Source: Epiperipatus broadwayi (lineage: Eukaryota; Animalia; Onychophora). From it: 64,000 nucleotides of DNA. Of the stretch, positions 25,601 to 37,906 are shown in pieces; the first letter of the stretch is position 1; every line of letters begins with the position of its first letter. The notes beneath the pieces were generated by a model, which did no database searches, had not been told where the DNA came from, and worked only from the letters and a program-made list of their open reading frames with translations. The DNA is taken from the NCBI GenBank assembly GCA_028023455.1, contig JAQFVV010000003.1, positions 10,788,001 through 10,852,000 on the forward strand, written 5' to 3'. The translations under genes were made by a program, and so were the position numbers.

Positions 25601-28600
25601 TGATTGTTTATCTTATAGGATTTGGACTTTCTTAAATATACTTACAAGGAATAAAAACTTTGTAAGAATTGAGTTCTTCCTAGTCACCCTACTATGCAAT
25701 CAAGAAATATAAATCAATTTATTACAGATTATTTAAAACGAATATATTTTAATCCTAGTTTTTAATTAAGTATGTATATCAATAAACATTCAGATTTTTT
25801 TTATTTTTATTACTAATAACTTAGTCTTTTTAAACCTGCAATAATTTTTATTATTATTATTTTTTTTTTAAAAAAAAAAAGAATATTATACCCCCGAGGG
25901 ATTTTTTCTTAGAAAATATTGCCACCTTTCTAGAATTTTAAAACTTCCTAAAAAAAACTTCAAATTATTTTAAAGCGTATTTTCCCAATATATATGTTTA
26001 CATTATTGTATTTTTTTCATGAAGAACCACAATCAAAACAAAATTCCACAAAAAATATACAGATATCCAAATTCCACAAACTATCGCTAATTCAGAAATT
26101 AATTTTTTTTGCAAAGATGTAAAATAATTCCTCTCTTCTCATTACAAATAAAATTTTAATTTAAAAAAATAAAATATTAGGTTTTAAAAACATGGTTTCA
26201 TTTGAAATATTCAGTTAAGTCATTATTTATATTAATTAAAATTAAACAACATGATAAATATATTTTCTGCATAACTTTTCAAAGTTTTATTAAATAAGAT
26301 TTTTAGAGAAAGTTAGATAAAACCACTCTAAAGCTCTACAATAATTTTTAGAAAAGTTATGGTTCCAGATCGAGAAGCATTGCTTTAGTGTTAATTCTTT
26401 GTTAATAAACATATCCATCTGATATGCACATACAGTGTTATCTCATTTGAAATTTCTTTTATTGTTGCAAAAGTTAAAGACAGCATTGCAAAATGTCAAA
26501 GAGAAGACCAGTAGATAATACATGTGTTTACCTTGGTGTTTATTCACAGATTGCTTTGTATAATCATCAAAAAACTCATCTTTAACTTTTTTATTTTTTT
26601 TTCTTCAAGAAAGACATATAACTTTTCAAGTCTACATATACAGTATATATATATTGTAACAGTAAGAAAAGTAGAGCTGCTTTAACTTAATCGAGAGATG
26701 CAGGTAGATGGGGTTCAAACCTCACCTACTCCTCCAGATTGCTACTAAGAAACTTACTCCCCAAACCTCACTAGAATTTATTCCTAATGTATGCCTGGTG
26801 GTCAAGGAGAGATAAGACCACAAAACGAATTTTAACAAGTAGATATATATAATGACCAGATTTATATATTTGTGTCACACAAAAACAAACAATACTACAG
26901 AGTTTTAATGATAGCAAAGACAAAAAAAAAACTTTTATTAGTTATGCTAGCAAGATTCTACAAAGATTCACTGATTGAGCTGCAGGCTATTACTGTACAA
27001 CCATATACAGATATATACGAAAAATCCCTTCTTTTGTAATAATAATGATAAACAAAAATTTATATTATACTTTTTTTAAAAAAAATATTTCCAGCCAATG
27101 GACAGGTTACATAAAATTCAAGAGAGAGACATAATTCATTAACTCTATGGATAGAGCATGTGGTAATAAATAAATGATTAAACCCAACTAAACACCTTTT
27201 GGATATATTTAAATGACAGCCCTCTACTAATGACTAAAGAAAATGAAATAGTAACCCCAGCAGAAATTTCCAGCTATGATTAAAACATTTCAATAATATT
27301 TTGAGACAGATTTCAAAGTAAATATAAATATTGTGTTCTAAGGTGATAGTATATTGTGGGCTGTGAGACTCGAGACATGGCAGCAATCAAGAGGCTAATA
27401 CAAGACCGGATAGCACTCCATCTCTAAACTGAGTTAGAGAAAAATGGAATCCATTCGCTAACGGCATGTACCAGATTCAAATACAGAGTTTTATTGCTAA
27501 TGTCCAGTTACGTACACTGAAATATCTGAAATAGATATGTGATCTAGAATTTTTATTTACTTTCATCGAGATCCAGATGCAGGTATATTAACCAAAGCAG
27601 ACTTGGTAAAAGAGAAGCACTGTATACATGCTGAGATGCCCACAGATCACCCAGTGCATGATACCATATAAATATGGTCAAACGACCTTTAAATTAAAAA
27701 AAAAAACATTCTGCAAAATATATATTTTATGAAAGCTCAACCACCACTGAAAAATCTGCAGAAAAATAATAGTAACTTTCCCTTTTATAAAATTTAGATC
27801 ACTAACACAAGTGAGCAGATATTTTACTGATTTAGTTGAAGTTTAACCTATATGCCCACAGAGCCAAATGGTATTTATAAAATTTTAATATATATACATA
27901 TTGTCAAATGTATACTCTCTTATTACAAAAAAATAAATGCGAATGTTTATTTTATTTCACGCTCTTTAAAATAGAATTCTAAATTCGTAATCCTTCACTG
28001 ATTAAAAAACATCAATTGGGATTTTCTTTTTCTTATATTTATATATTTAAAAAAAAAAGCTAAATTAAAAATCTTGGAAGTTTTATAATAGAATCTTTTA
28101 TAGTTATTAACAGAATTTTTAGCCATTAAATATTAATTATAAGAATGGGATTTGCACTTTCTGCGATTTGCTTTCTTTTCTTTCTAAATAAAATATCTAT
28201 ATAAAATAAATCCTTAACAGGTGTATAATGGTGGAAAGTTAAATGACACATTTTCAATTAAATTAATAAGAACTATTGCCACCATTATATGTAATAAACC
28301 ACCACCCATTACAATATTTTTAAAAAGAGAAAAGAAATTAATTAAATATATTTTACAATATGCAAACATATAAATTTCAAAATATACATAGAGAGAGAAA
28401 TAGAATAACACAGCAGATATTTAAATTTACATTGAGAAAAGACAAAACATAATTCAAATCATAAAATAGTTACCGGTAACTAGAAGGCTGGTGTAAGAAT
28501 GGAAACTGTTGATGTTGCATGGCAGTTCCTTTTTGAGACTTGATGTTATTTCACATTTCCACTGAAAGAATTTTTATTGAACAGGATATGGCATTTGTCA

Positions 28601-28828
28601 TGAATGCAGGGTACTTTAGTTCTCAGGCTGGCTCACATGGCTACGACTCTGGTCTCAGGAACGGGCAGGAGAGCAAATGCAAAAATATCACTCACTCATT
28701 TCTTTTTGCAGAGTAGCTCATTTTGTGATTTATAAATATATATGCTGAACAGAAAAAAAAAGTCTATGGCTTGAAGACAATACAGCAAGCTTTCCCAGTA
28801 AATTATCTTATAAATTTCAGCAAACTTC

Positions 28829-28936
28829 TTTTTTTTTTTTTTTTAAGTGTCATAGCATCGGCCGGGACGCGAACCCGCAACCCGAGCAACTGCCTGCTAG
28901 TGCAAGGCAGTCGCACTGACCTCTCGACCACCAATG
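28829..28936 (-). mobile_element. Second copy of the tRNA-Gly-derived SINE
   Basis: Close reverse-complement match to 23478-23578. AACTTC(TTT) flanks both sides (28823 and 28937). Confidence 0.88.
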
Positions 28937-30457
28937 AACTTCTTTCCGAAAAATTCTGAATAAAAGCTAATTCTTCAGCGAGACTACAATAAGCAGTAAA
29001 ACCCAGAACAAAAGAAAATTTTTTTATTTATACCCTTTTTAATTCTATTTTTAATTAAACTACTTATTAGTAGCCTATTGTTTCAAATTTTCCCTGTTAT
29101 CTATTTTTCTTTCAATTAAAATGTTTTATAAATTAATTGCATTCTCTATTGGATTCTATTTAATTAAGAAAATTTATCTTATCTATTTCTGCCATATTTT
29201 AAAAAATAGTTACAAATAAAAATTTAAATTTTGTATATTTTATTTCATTGATTTTTTTTTTTAAAACACTTTCCTTCTTTAACTCACGTAATTATTTGTG
29301 CAGATGATAATTTATTTTAAGAAAAGAACATACATTCACTATGGTTGAAAATGTTAATAACCTTTTATTTGCCAATTACCATTGATCACAGATTCTCATA
29401 TTGCAGACATTATTTTAGAGTATGCCATATTTACACTACAAATAAAAATAAAGTAACAATTTTAAAAATGCTTTACATAACTGCATTATAAGACCAATAC
29501 TTATATCCATGATTGTATTAAAATACATAGTGGCAAAAGACATAGACTTAAAAACTAAAAATTTATGAATTAATTATCAACTGACTGACTTGTGAAAAAA
29601 GTAAAACTATTGTATTTATTCTGTCACTTTAGTCCGTGAATGTCATTTTATCTCCACAATTGACTAATTGTTCCCAAGAGCAGTTCTCTTCATTGTATTC
29701 TATAAACATATACTGTAAGTATGAATAATCAATGGGCACTAGATTTTACTATCTGGTGTCCAGGCATAAAATGCATATAGTAAGGCAGGAAGAACCATTT
29801 TTAAAAGAATGTGAGTAAGTTGAAAAAGTCATGTGATGTTTAAGTGCTGATTTATCTTTCTATTCATATTAAGTTTTTATTTCTGATTAAGAGAAATCTA
29901 AATATATATATATAGCTTTTTTTTTTTTTTGATTAAATAATTCAGGTCTTGTGGAGCATAACATATTCAAAATTCTATTTCTTTCCATTTATTAACATTT
30001 TTGCAAAAAAAATAATAATTATCATAATAACTTTTATAGTTATAGTGAATAAATAACAGAGAATAAAAGTAGTAAAACCATTATAAGCATATACGTTTTA
30101 TTTTCAAAAGTGATATTCTTATTACTGAATAAATACTTTTCTCTCCAATGAAAATGTCTACAATTTTTAACTCCTTCTGATATCTTTTTTTATGTGAATC
30201 TGTAATCTCCATTCACATCACGTATTTTTATATTAAACATTTTAATTTCATTAGGAAAGTCTTTCATTACTGTTGAAATTTGCATTCTTTTAATATATTT
30301 TAAAAAGAAACACACACATATATAAACATACACAAATAAAAAGTTAAAAGCCATAATATAGCAATATACTAAAGAGTTATAAGTGCTAAATATAAAACAA
30401 AATATAAATAACTTTCATTTTTATGATAAAAAAGTTTTAACTTTAAAAAGTAATTAC

Positions 30458-30549
30458 CTGACTACTTTCGTTCCATTTCTGTATACTTGCATGTCTACCA
30501 TAGTTCCTGAATCTGTATATGATGCTAGATTTATTTCAGAAAATTCTGC
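30458..30549 (-). CDS. Syn: Synapsin coding exon (equivalent to vertebrate exon 3), 92 bp, phase 0/2
   Basis: tatttttag|GCAGAATTT...GTAGTCAG|gtaatt translates AEFSEINLASYTDSGTMVDMQVYRNGTKVV(R). The terminal AG joins the A of the next exon to give Arg. Confidence 0.96.
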
Positions 30550-30680
30550 CTAAAAATAGATGTACAGATTTGTAATTTTTAAAAATGAGTTTTATTATAT
30601 AATAGATATGTAAATTAATATAAATTATAAATATCAGTAGAGCAAAAAAAATATTAGAGCTTATTAAAGTTTATAATATA

Positions 30681-31283
30681 TGTTATAGTTCTCCCTTCTC
30701 TCAGAAGTGGACTATTCCAGATTCCTTCTTATCTGATCGGATTAAGCATTGTTTGTTGCTGGCCAATAGGCTGATGTACAGCTAAACACATACCCAATGA
30801 TTAATACAGGCCACTAAGCAAGGATGTTCCTTAAATCTGAATGTTTTCAGCAAGGTCAGGGATCTGGCTATAAATAGTCAGCCTTTTGTGAGAACTGGGA
30901 GAACATCCGTCTGACCTATAAATACAGTACACATTCTTCCAGGGAAGCCCTTCTAACCTGAACAGCAGTAAGCATTCCCACTAATAGCAATACACCATTT
31001 GTCCATGCAGCTAGGCAAGTCCACAGAGGGACCAGATACTGCTAAGACTACTGTTGACTCAAAGCAAACTGTTCTGTACAGCCAGAAGAGTCATTCTCCC
31101 TACCCACGAGACAAGCTATCAGGTGTAGCTGGAAGCAGTAGAACCACAAGACCTGGATCCAAGAGTTCACATTATAACTGTATTATATATACTTGTGAAT
31201 ATAATAAAGATTATATTAATTGTAATACCAGTGTTAGTATTATTTCCTGTAGGTTGGGTCTGTAATCCAGACCAAACACAACA
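30681..31283 (+). mobile_element. Solo LTR (~600 bp)
   Basis: TGTT...AACA termini, flanks ATATA/ATATG, higher GC than surroundings, CCAAT box, two TATAAATA motifs and AATAAA near the 3' end. Confidence 0.6.
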
Positions 31284-32593
31284 ATATGTTTACAATTAAG
31301 TTGTTTGAATAAATTGTGCTAATGGTATTCTTCCACTAACCTCTTTTCATTGAAATACTTTATTGCTACCTACTCAACTTATCTTTGAGCAGATAACTTA
31401 ATATACATATGAGTTCAAGGCAAAATGGTACAACTATCATGCAATAACACTTGATCATCTGTAGAAAGACAAATAGAGATAAATAATAAACATTAGTGAA
31501 GTTAGTGATTTAGGTTTCCATTACAATATCAGTCCCTTACATTATTAAGAAGAGAAACAAATTAACATGATTGTAATAAAGCAAAGTGAATAAAGTTAGG
31601 ATAGTTGTAATAAATTAAACTTCAATTGGAAATTAATTAGGTCAAAACTGATATCTTTTAATGTATATTAAGAAGAAATTGTTGCAACATTAAAACATTT
31701 CAGTACCACTTCCTGTGAGAAACAAGCACAAGTCTAAATTGTGTTTGTTTCTCATAGGAAATATTGCTGAATGTTTTAATATTGTTATTTATGTATGTAT
31801 GTATATGTACATATACTATTTTAAATGTTTCCTTCTAAATTTCTTATATTTTCATAAACTAATGTATTCAGTTGACTAATGAGTTTCTGGTGCTGTTTTT
31901 CACATAAATGAACTTCCATATTTACTTTGTTTGATCAGTATCTAATTTCTGGAGTGACAATGGTTTTCTTTTAAAATTCCATTAATTGTTTAATAACAAA
32001 GATACTGCTATAATTCTGACATAATAACATCAATTCTAAAAGTTAGTCTAAAATTTTTAAAAGTTCTATTTCTAATATAACTCTTCGCCAGTTTTATAAA
32101 AGTGAACTCAAAATTTCTCCTATTCTCAAGAACAATATGAATATTACTGAATCATAAGTTCAGCGTAAAAGAAGTCATTTTTGCTAAATAAAATCTGTAT
32201 ACAATTTTGCACAAATTAGCAAAAATTGTGTATCATCAAACGCATAAGTTGATAATATTAGAATATTTTAAATATTAACCATAATTCTTTGTGCTAAATT
32301 TTTTTTCCCTTTAGCATACATTTAATTTTCATTAAATATTGGATAATATTTTTCTCCAACTCCAAAATAAATCTTACATAATTACAGATTGAAAAAATGG
32401 TAAAAGCTTCTTACTGGAAAAAAGCTAATTAGATAAAAATCAGTCATAAAAATCAGCTTACACACCAATCAAAATGATCAAATTTTAAATTAAAACTTGT
32501 TCATAATGTTGTCTTTGCAACATAATATATTAAAAATAATTCAATAAAAAATTATTTAATAAGACAACTTTTATAATAATATTATGTTTAATA

Positions 32594-32646
32594 AACCTCA
32601 CCAACCCAGATTTCGCTCTGATATTGGAGCCTTATCAAGATGTAAA
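32594..32646 (-). ncRNA. Second copy of the U3-A8 hammerhead motif (3' pseudo-LTR)
   Basis: UUGAUAA-G-GCUCC AAUAUC AGAGC-GAAA-UCUGGG-UU-GGUG, with one C.A mismatch in stem II. Confidence 0.6.
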
Positions 32647-33079
32647 TATATTTAAAGTTATATTATAATTCTTTCAATTTTACAGCACCTCCATCTACAG
32701 GTTTCATTTTACATTACAATATTAAAGTTAAATAAATATTCAATTTCTTATTCATTACATACATAAATAATTATACATAATATTCACTTATAAACTATAA
32801 TCATGTATTTACATTATATAATCATATATTTCAATATTATTTATACATTTTCTAATTTTTTCTTTCTTATATATTATAACTATATTTAATAATTTAAACT
32901 CAACATAATTAGAATGATAATCTACATAAATATACGCATATAATTTACCTATAATTATACTTAACTTAAATTAAATTTTGCAGTTATCTAATAACATCCA
33001 TTTTTCAGCCAATTTTACAGGATCTTTAACTATATTCATACATTTTTCAAAATTCTCTTGTATATATAAAGATTCATAA

Positions 33080-35388
33080 CATATCAGCTCACTATACTTC
33101 TTTACATATTTAATTACTTGAATGTTTTTTCACAATTTATTCTATGTCCAGTATTTAAAAAATGTAGATAAATCCCTGATCTCATATTCTTCCTTTTAAT
33201 TGCTCTATTATGTTCTTTACCTTTTTCTAATGCAGTTTTCTCTGTCTGAGCAATATATATCTTGTTACAAAATTCACAAATAATCTTATACACCAACCCA
33301 GCTTTATCATTCTCATTATTATTTTCTATATTACATATCCATTTCCCTAATGATCTATTGTTTTTCCATCCTATTTTAATATTATTAGGTAATTTTTCCT
33401 TTACCAATTCTTTATATACTTTTATCAAAATATGGAATTGAAATCCATTTATTATTTATAGTTAATTTGTGATTATTATAATATCTACTATCTTCATTTT
33501 TATTTTTAAAAAAATTATTTATATTTTTCTTTTTATAACCTATACTAATATAATCATTTTCAACCTCCAACTTTTGTATTAATGCTACATTCTTATCTAA
33601 AGTTAATCTATCATTTTTTCTCTTTAAACCCATTCATTGCTGCCGTTTTTTGAGACCAGGGTTGATATGAACTTGGATCTATTATACCGCTTTTATCTTT
33701 CTCATTAATACAATGTCTTACAACAATCTTACCTGTTACATCCTTCCTTATAAAAATATCTAAATATTTTAATCCTTCCTCTCCATTTTCTATCGTAAAT
33801 CTAATACCATATCCATTATTATTCATTTCATTGAATGCATTATTTATACTTCTACTATTACCTATTATAAGTATATCATCAACATATCTATGATATTGTA
33901 TAATTTCTTTCATTTTTATATATTTATCAATTACATTTCCCTCAATATAATCAATCATAATAGACGATAAAATACCACTAATGGAACATCCCATAACCCA
34001 TCCTTTAGTTTCCTTCCAAAATTCATTTTTATATTTAAAGTACAATGTTTCACTTATTAACAATAAATGTTCATTAATAATATATATCCATTCCTTTGAT
34101 ATACCACCATAATCTTTTATTCTTTCCATAACTACTTTTATACTCTCCTCTCTAGGTATAATTTGATACATCTTTTCAATATCAAATGATACAATATTTC
34201 CATTCCTATTTAATTTCACATTCTGTAGTTAATTAATAATTTCCTCTGAGCTTTTAATGCAATATTTCCCAAAACCTATACTATTAATAATTTTTTTATA
34301 TACTATATCACACAAGCCTTTTAGCACATAATTCTTAAAATCTAATATTGCTCTTACTGGCATATTATTTTTTGTGTTTTAACTTTTCCAAACATAGTAG
34401 GATGTTCAATCACTGTAGGATATAAACGTCTATATTCTTTTTCATTAATTAATTGTTTTACTTTCATATTAGTCAATAGTATTTTATATTTTGTTTTAAT
34501 TTCATTACTTGGATTCTTACTCATTTTTAAATATTTTTCTTTTTCCATATCTTCTTTAATCTTCTCTTCATATTCATTTTTATTTAAAATCATGAACCTT
34601 GGTCCCTTACCCTCAGACGTCACAAACAATCTCTTGTTTTCTATTTTAATTTTAATTTTCTTAATAATTAACTTTTCTTTCCATTCTTTCTTATTTAATT
34701 TATTCTTTTTATTAATTGTACTATTAATCCTTGATTGTATTTCCATCTTCATTTTATTATCGATATTTGCAGCCTCTACATGTTTTTATCCACAAATGGT
34801 ATATATTTAATACCTTTATTTAATATTTCTGACTCCTCATTTGTGAAATTTACACCAGATACATTTATGTAACCGTATTTTTCTTTATGCATATCAGTAG
34901 CTTTTAAAAACATCAATATTGTTCCCAAATATTCTTTTACAATTTAACCATTTCCATTTATTTTTATATTTTTTATTTAATCTATTTTTTAATGTACTAT
35001 TATTTTTCAATATAGCTTGATTAATATATTCCCATAATTTCTTCTTTATATTTAATTTTAAAACATTTTTTATTTTTTTATATTTTCGAATATTCCAGTT
35101 AATTTCAATATATTTTTCTTTCAAAAACCATTCCAACACAACTCTTTGAATTCTTCTATATAAATTTAAATTATTATTAATTTTTATATTACTAATTCTA
35201 AATTTACATGATGGTGGCATAACTCCATTTCTTTTACAATTATTTAAAAACAATATTTGATGTTTTAATTCCTCAATTCTTCTGTGTATATTCCATATTT
35301 TTTTAAATCTTAGAAAATTCACACAATTCAACTTTTCATATAAAAATATCCATGTGATATTAGTAAAAATTCTTTTCTCCATTATCAA
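33080..35388 (-). pseudogene. PLE RT/GIY-YIG endonuclease ORF, frameshifted
   Basis: HQILFLNNCKRNGVMP (N-terminus), VSFDIEKMY, KGWVMGCSIS, RYVDDILI, KYLDI, GLVYKIICEFCNKIYIAQT...EHNRAIK...HFLNTGH. Confidence 0.92.
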
Positions 35389-36230
35389 ATAAATCCAAAC
35401 AATTTGTATTAATCAATACTATCACATTACAATCTTCTTATACCAATCACTACTTAAAATAATGTACATTATTAATATAAAATTATATTCATAAGCCTTA
35501 GAATAGTCTGCGCTGCAGAATAACATCATTTACAATTACTGCCATTTCCAATACTAAAGTTATATATCAAAAAATGATCAAATTTTAAATCAAAACTTGT
35601 TCATAATATAACAAGTTATATATATTGGTCAGACAGAGAAAACTGCATTAGAAAGAGGTAAAGAGCATAATAGAGCAATTAAAAGGAAGGATATGAGATC
35701 AGGGATTTATCTACATTTTTTAAATACTGGACATAGAATAAATTGTGAAAAAAACATTCAAGTAATTAAATATGCAAAGAAGTATAGTGAGAGGATATGT
35801 TATGAATCTTTATATATACAAGAGAATTTTGAAAAATGTATGAAAAGGTCCTGTAAAATTGGCTGGAAAATGGGTGTTATTAGATAATTGGAAAATTTAA
35901 ATTAAGTATAATTATAGGTAAATTATATGTGTATATTTATATAGATGATTATCATTCTAATAATGTTGAGTTTAAATTATTAAATATAGTTATAATATAT
36001 AAGAAAGAAAAAAATAGAAAATTTATAAATAATATTAAAATATAAATATATGATTATATAATGTAAATACATAATTATAATTTATAAGTGAATATTATCT
36101 ATAATTATTTATGTATATAATGAATAAGAAATAGAATATTTATTTAACTTTAATATTGTAATGTAAAATGAAGCCTGTAGATGGAGGTGCTGTAAAATAG
36201 AAAGAATTATAATATAACTTTAAATATATT

Positions 36231-36280
36231 TACATCTTGATAAGGCTCCAATATCGGAGCGAAATCCGGGTTGGTGAGGT
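36231..36280 (+). ncRNA. Hammerhead ribozyme motif (U3-A8 core variant) in the inverted pseudo-LTR
   Basis: ACAUC-UUGAUAA-G-GCUCC AAUAUC GGAGC-GAAA-UCCGGG-UU-GGUG: perfect 5-bp stem II; the helix III region AAUCCGGGUU is self-complementary (with G-U pairs). Confidence 0.7.
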
Positions 36281-37868
36281 TTATTAAACATAATATTATT
36301 ATAAAAGTTATCTTATTAAATATTTTTTTATTGAATTATTTTTAATATATCACTTCTTATATATTATTTTCATACATTTAGCTATTAAATGGAAGTATAA
36401 GGGAGTAGTCAACTGTGATGTTTTCATAGAGACATTATCACTTGTTAAATATACATACATGCAGTTTGTATGTTGTCTATTAAATAGTTCTTTGTACATG
36501 GCAAAATAACTGTGGTCATGCAATAAACAATGATGGTCATTATCAATGATAAGCTGCCATTAATTTCCTCTAATAATTAACTATAGAATCTCATGTTCAA
36601 GATTTACTATATAATAATGATCTGATTAGTTCAAGCAAAAATCACTGAAATCCAGGTGGTTCTTGAAAACATTTCACTAATTGAAAAATGCTTGATAAAA
36701 TTTAAGATTTTTATTCCATTAGGCATCCCATATCCAAATATAGACACATCATTTAATAAATAGAAAATCCTTAAATATCCACTGTACACAATCATACGAC
36801 ATTACTGCATGATGAAATTACAAGAGAGCACATTATGAGGCTAATCATGCACTAGTTGGTAAGAGATTCATGCATTTCTTGCTTTGATTTTATTTGGAAA
36901 TCATCAGTTATTTGAAGAATTTCTAAATTTCATCCAGATTTAAACTCTATATAATAATTATTAGCTGGATATAAAAGCCATACAACATAATGCTTTCAGC
37001 TGATAAATGAATATCTAACTAATCCTAGTTAAAAGCAAAATTTACAAATAATCTGAATTTGTCTGTAGATTATTGATGTTTAACTATAAAATATTCAGCC
37101 TTCTCTACACTCATGTTTGGCCATAAGTTTCATCAAACTCTCCACTTGTATTAAAATTTAAGTCTTATACTATTTCTCTGACTCATAAAAAATTGTGGGA
37201 ACTGATTTTAACCACTGAGTTAATCATGAAAGCACTAAGAAAATCAAGAAACTCTTGTCAAACATATCAAATGGTTTCCTTCTTCAGGCCAACTTACTTT
37301 TTCATAACTAAATTCAATTGCTCTTATTTACTTTATGGTAATGTAAGTAAAGACTGATTTAACAAATAAATGAAAAAAACCCATTTCATTAAAGTCTTAC
37401 TAGTTGTCTCACAAATAGCCTAAAAACCTTCATGAATAATAAATGATGACCTGCTGGCAACTGATCTGCCAAGGTTTAATGCTACCTACATAGTCAAAAA
37501 GGAGTATCAAATATATTTCATTATAAAATAAGAATATAGGCAGAATGGAGTTAGTATCAGTAATAAATATATATTTCAGTAAAAATACAAAGCATTGCTA
37601 TGCTAGATATGAATTCTTCAAAACTTGAATGTAAATATTAACTCCTACCACAAAACCTATATTGTATCATACATTTTTTAAAAATATTTCTGTTTAAGAT
37701 CTGTATTCACCTCAATTTTTGATATTTTCCACCACCAATAATAAACTTTCTCTAGTGTTATTATGTAAAAACTACATAATATGAATAAACTTTTGTGGAG
37801 TGCCAAGTACTTCAAATACTCATCTGTATATTTTTGATGAGTTAGATGCCTTGACAAAATCAATTAAA

Positions 37869-37906
<38 letters not shown>

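Larger units (their letters stand above)
32471..36350 (-). mobile_element. Penelope-like element with inverted pseudo-LTR and 37-bp tail
   Basis: About 32524-33267 is the reverse complement of about 35609-36350. The 37-bp aaaatgatcaaattttaaat(t/c)aaaacttgttcataat is repeated at 32471 and 35571. An RT + GIY-YIG ORF lies between. Confidence 0.93.

Noticed and set aside
26690-26730. Box B-like GGTTCAAACC in an imperfect hairpin
   Set aside because: No convincing box A or cloverleaf.
27360-27690. GC-richer patch with a possible LINE ORF1 zinc-knuckle trace (PQITQCMIPYKYGQ)
   Set aside because: The similarity is too weak to call without a database search.
37245-37292. Minus-strand CCTGAAGAAG-GAAAC...GTTT-GAC, hammerhead-like
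   Set aside because: No GAAA after the putative stem II and no PLE context; too degraded to support.
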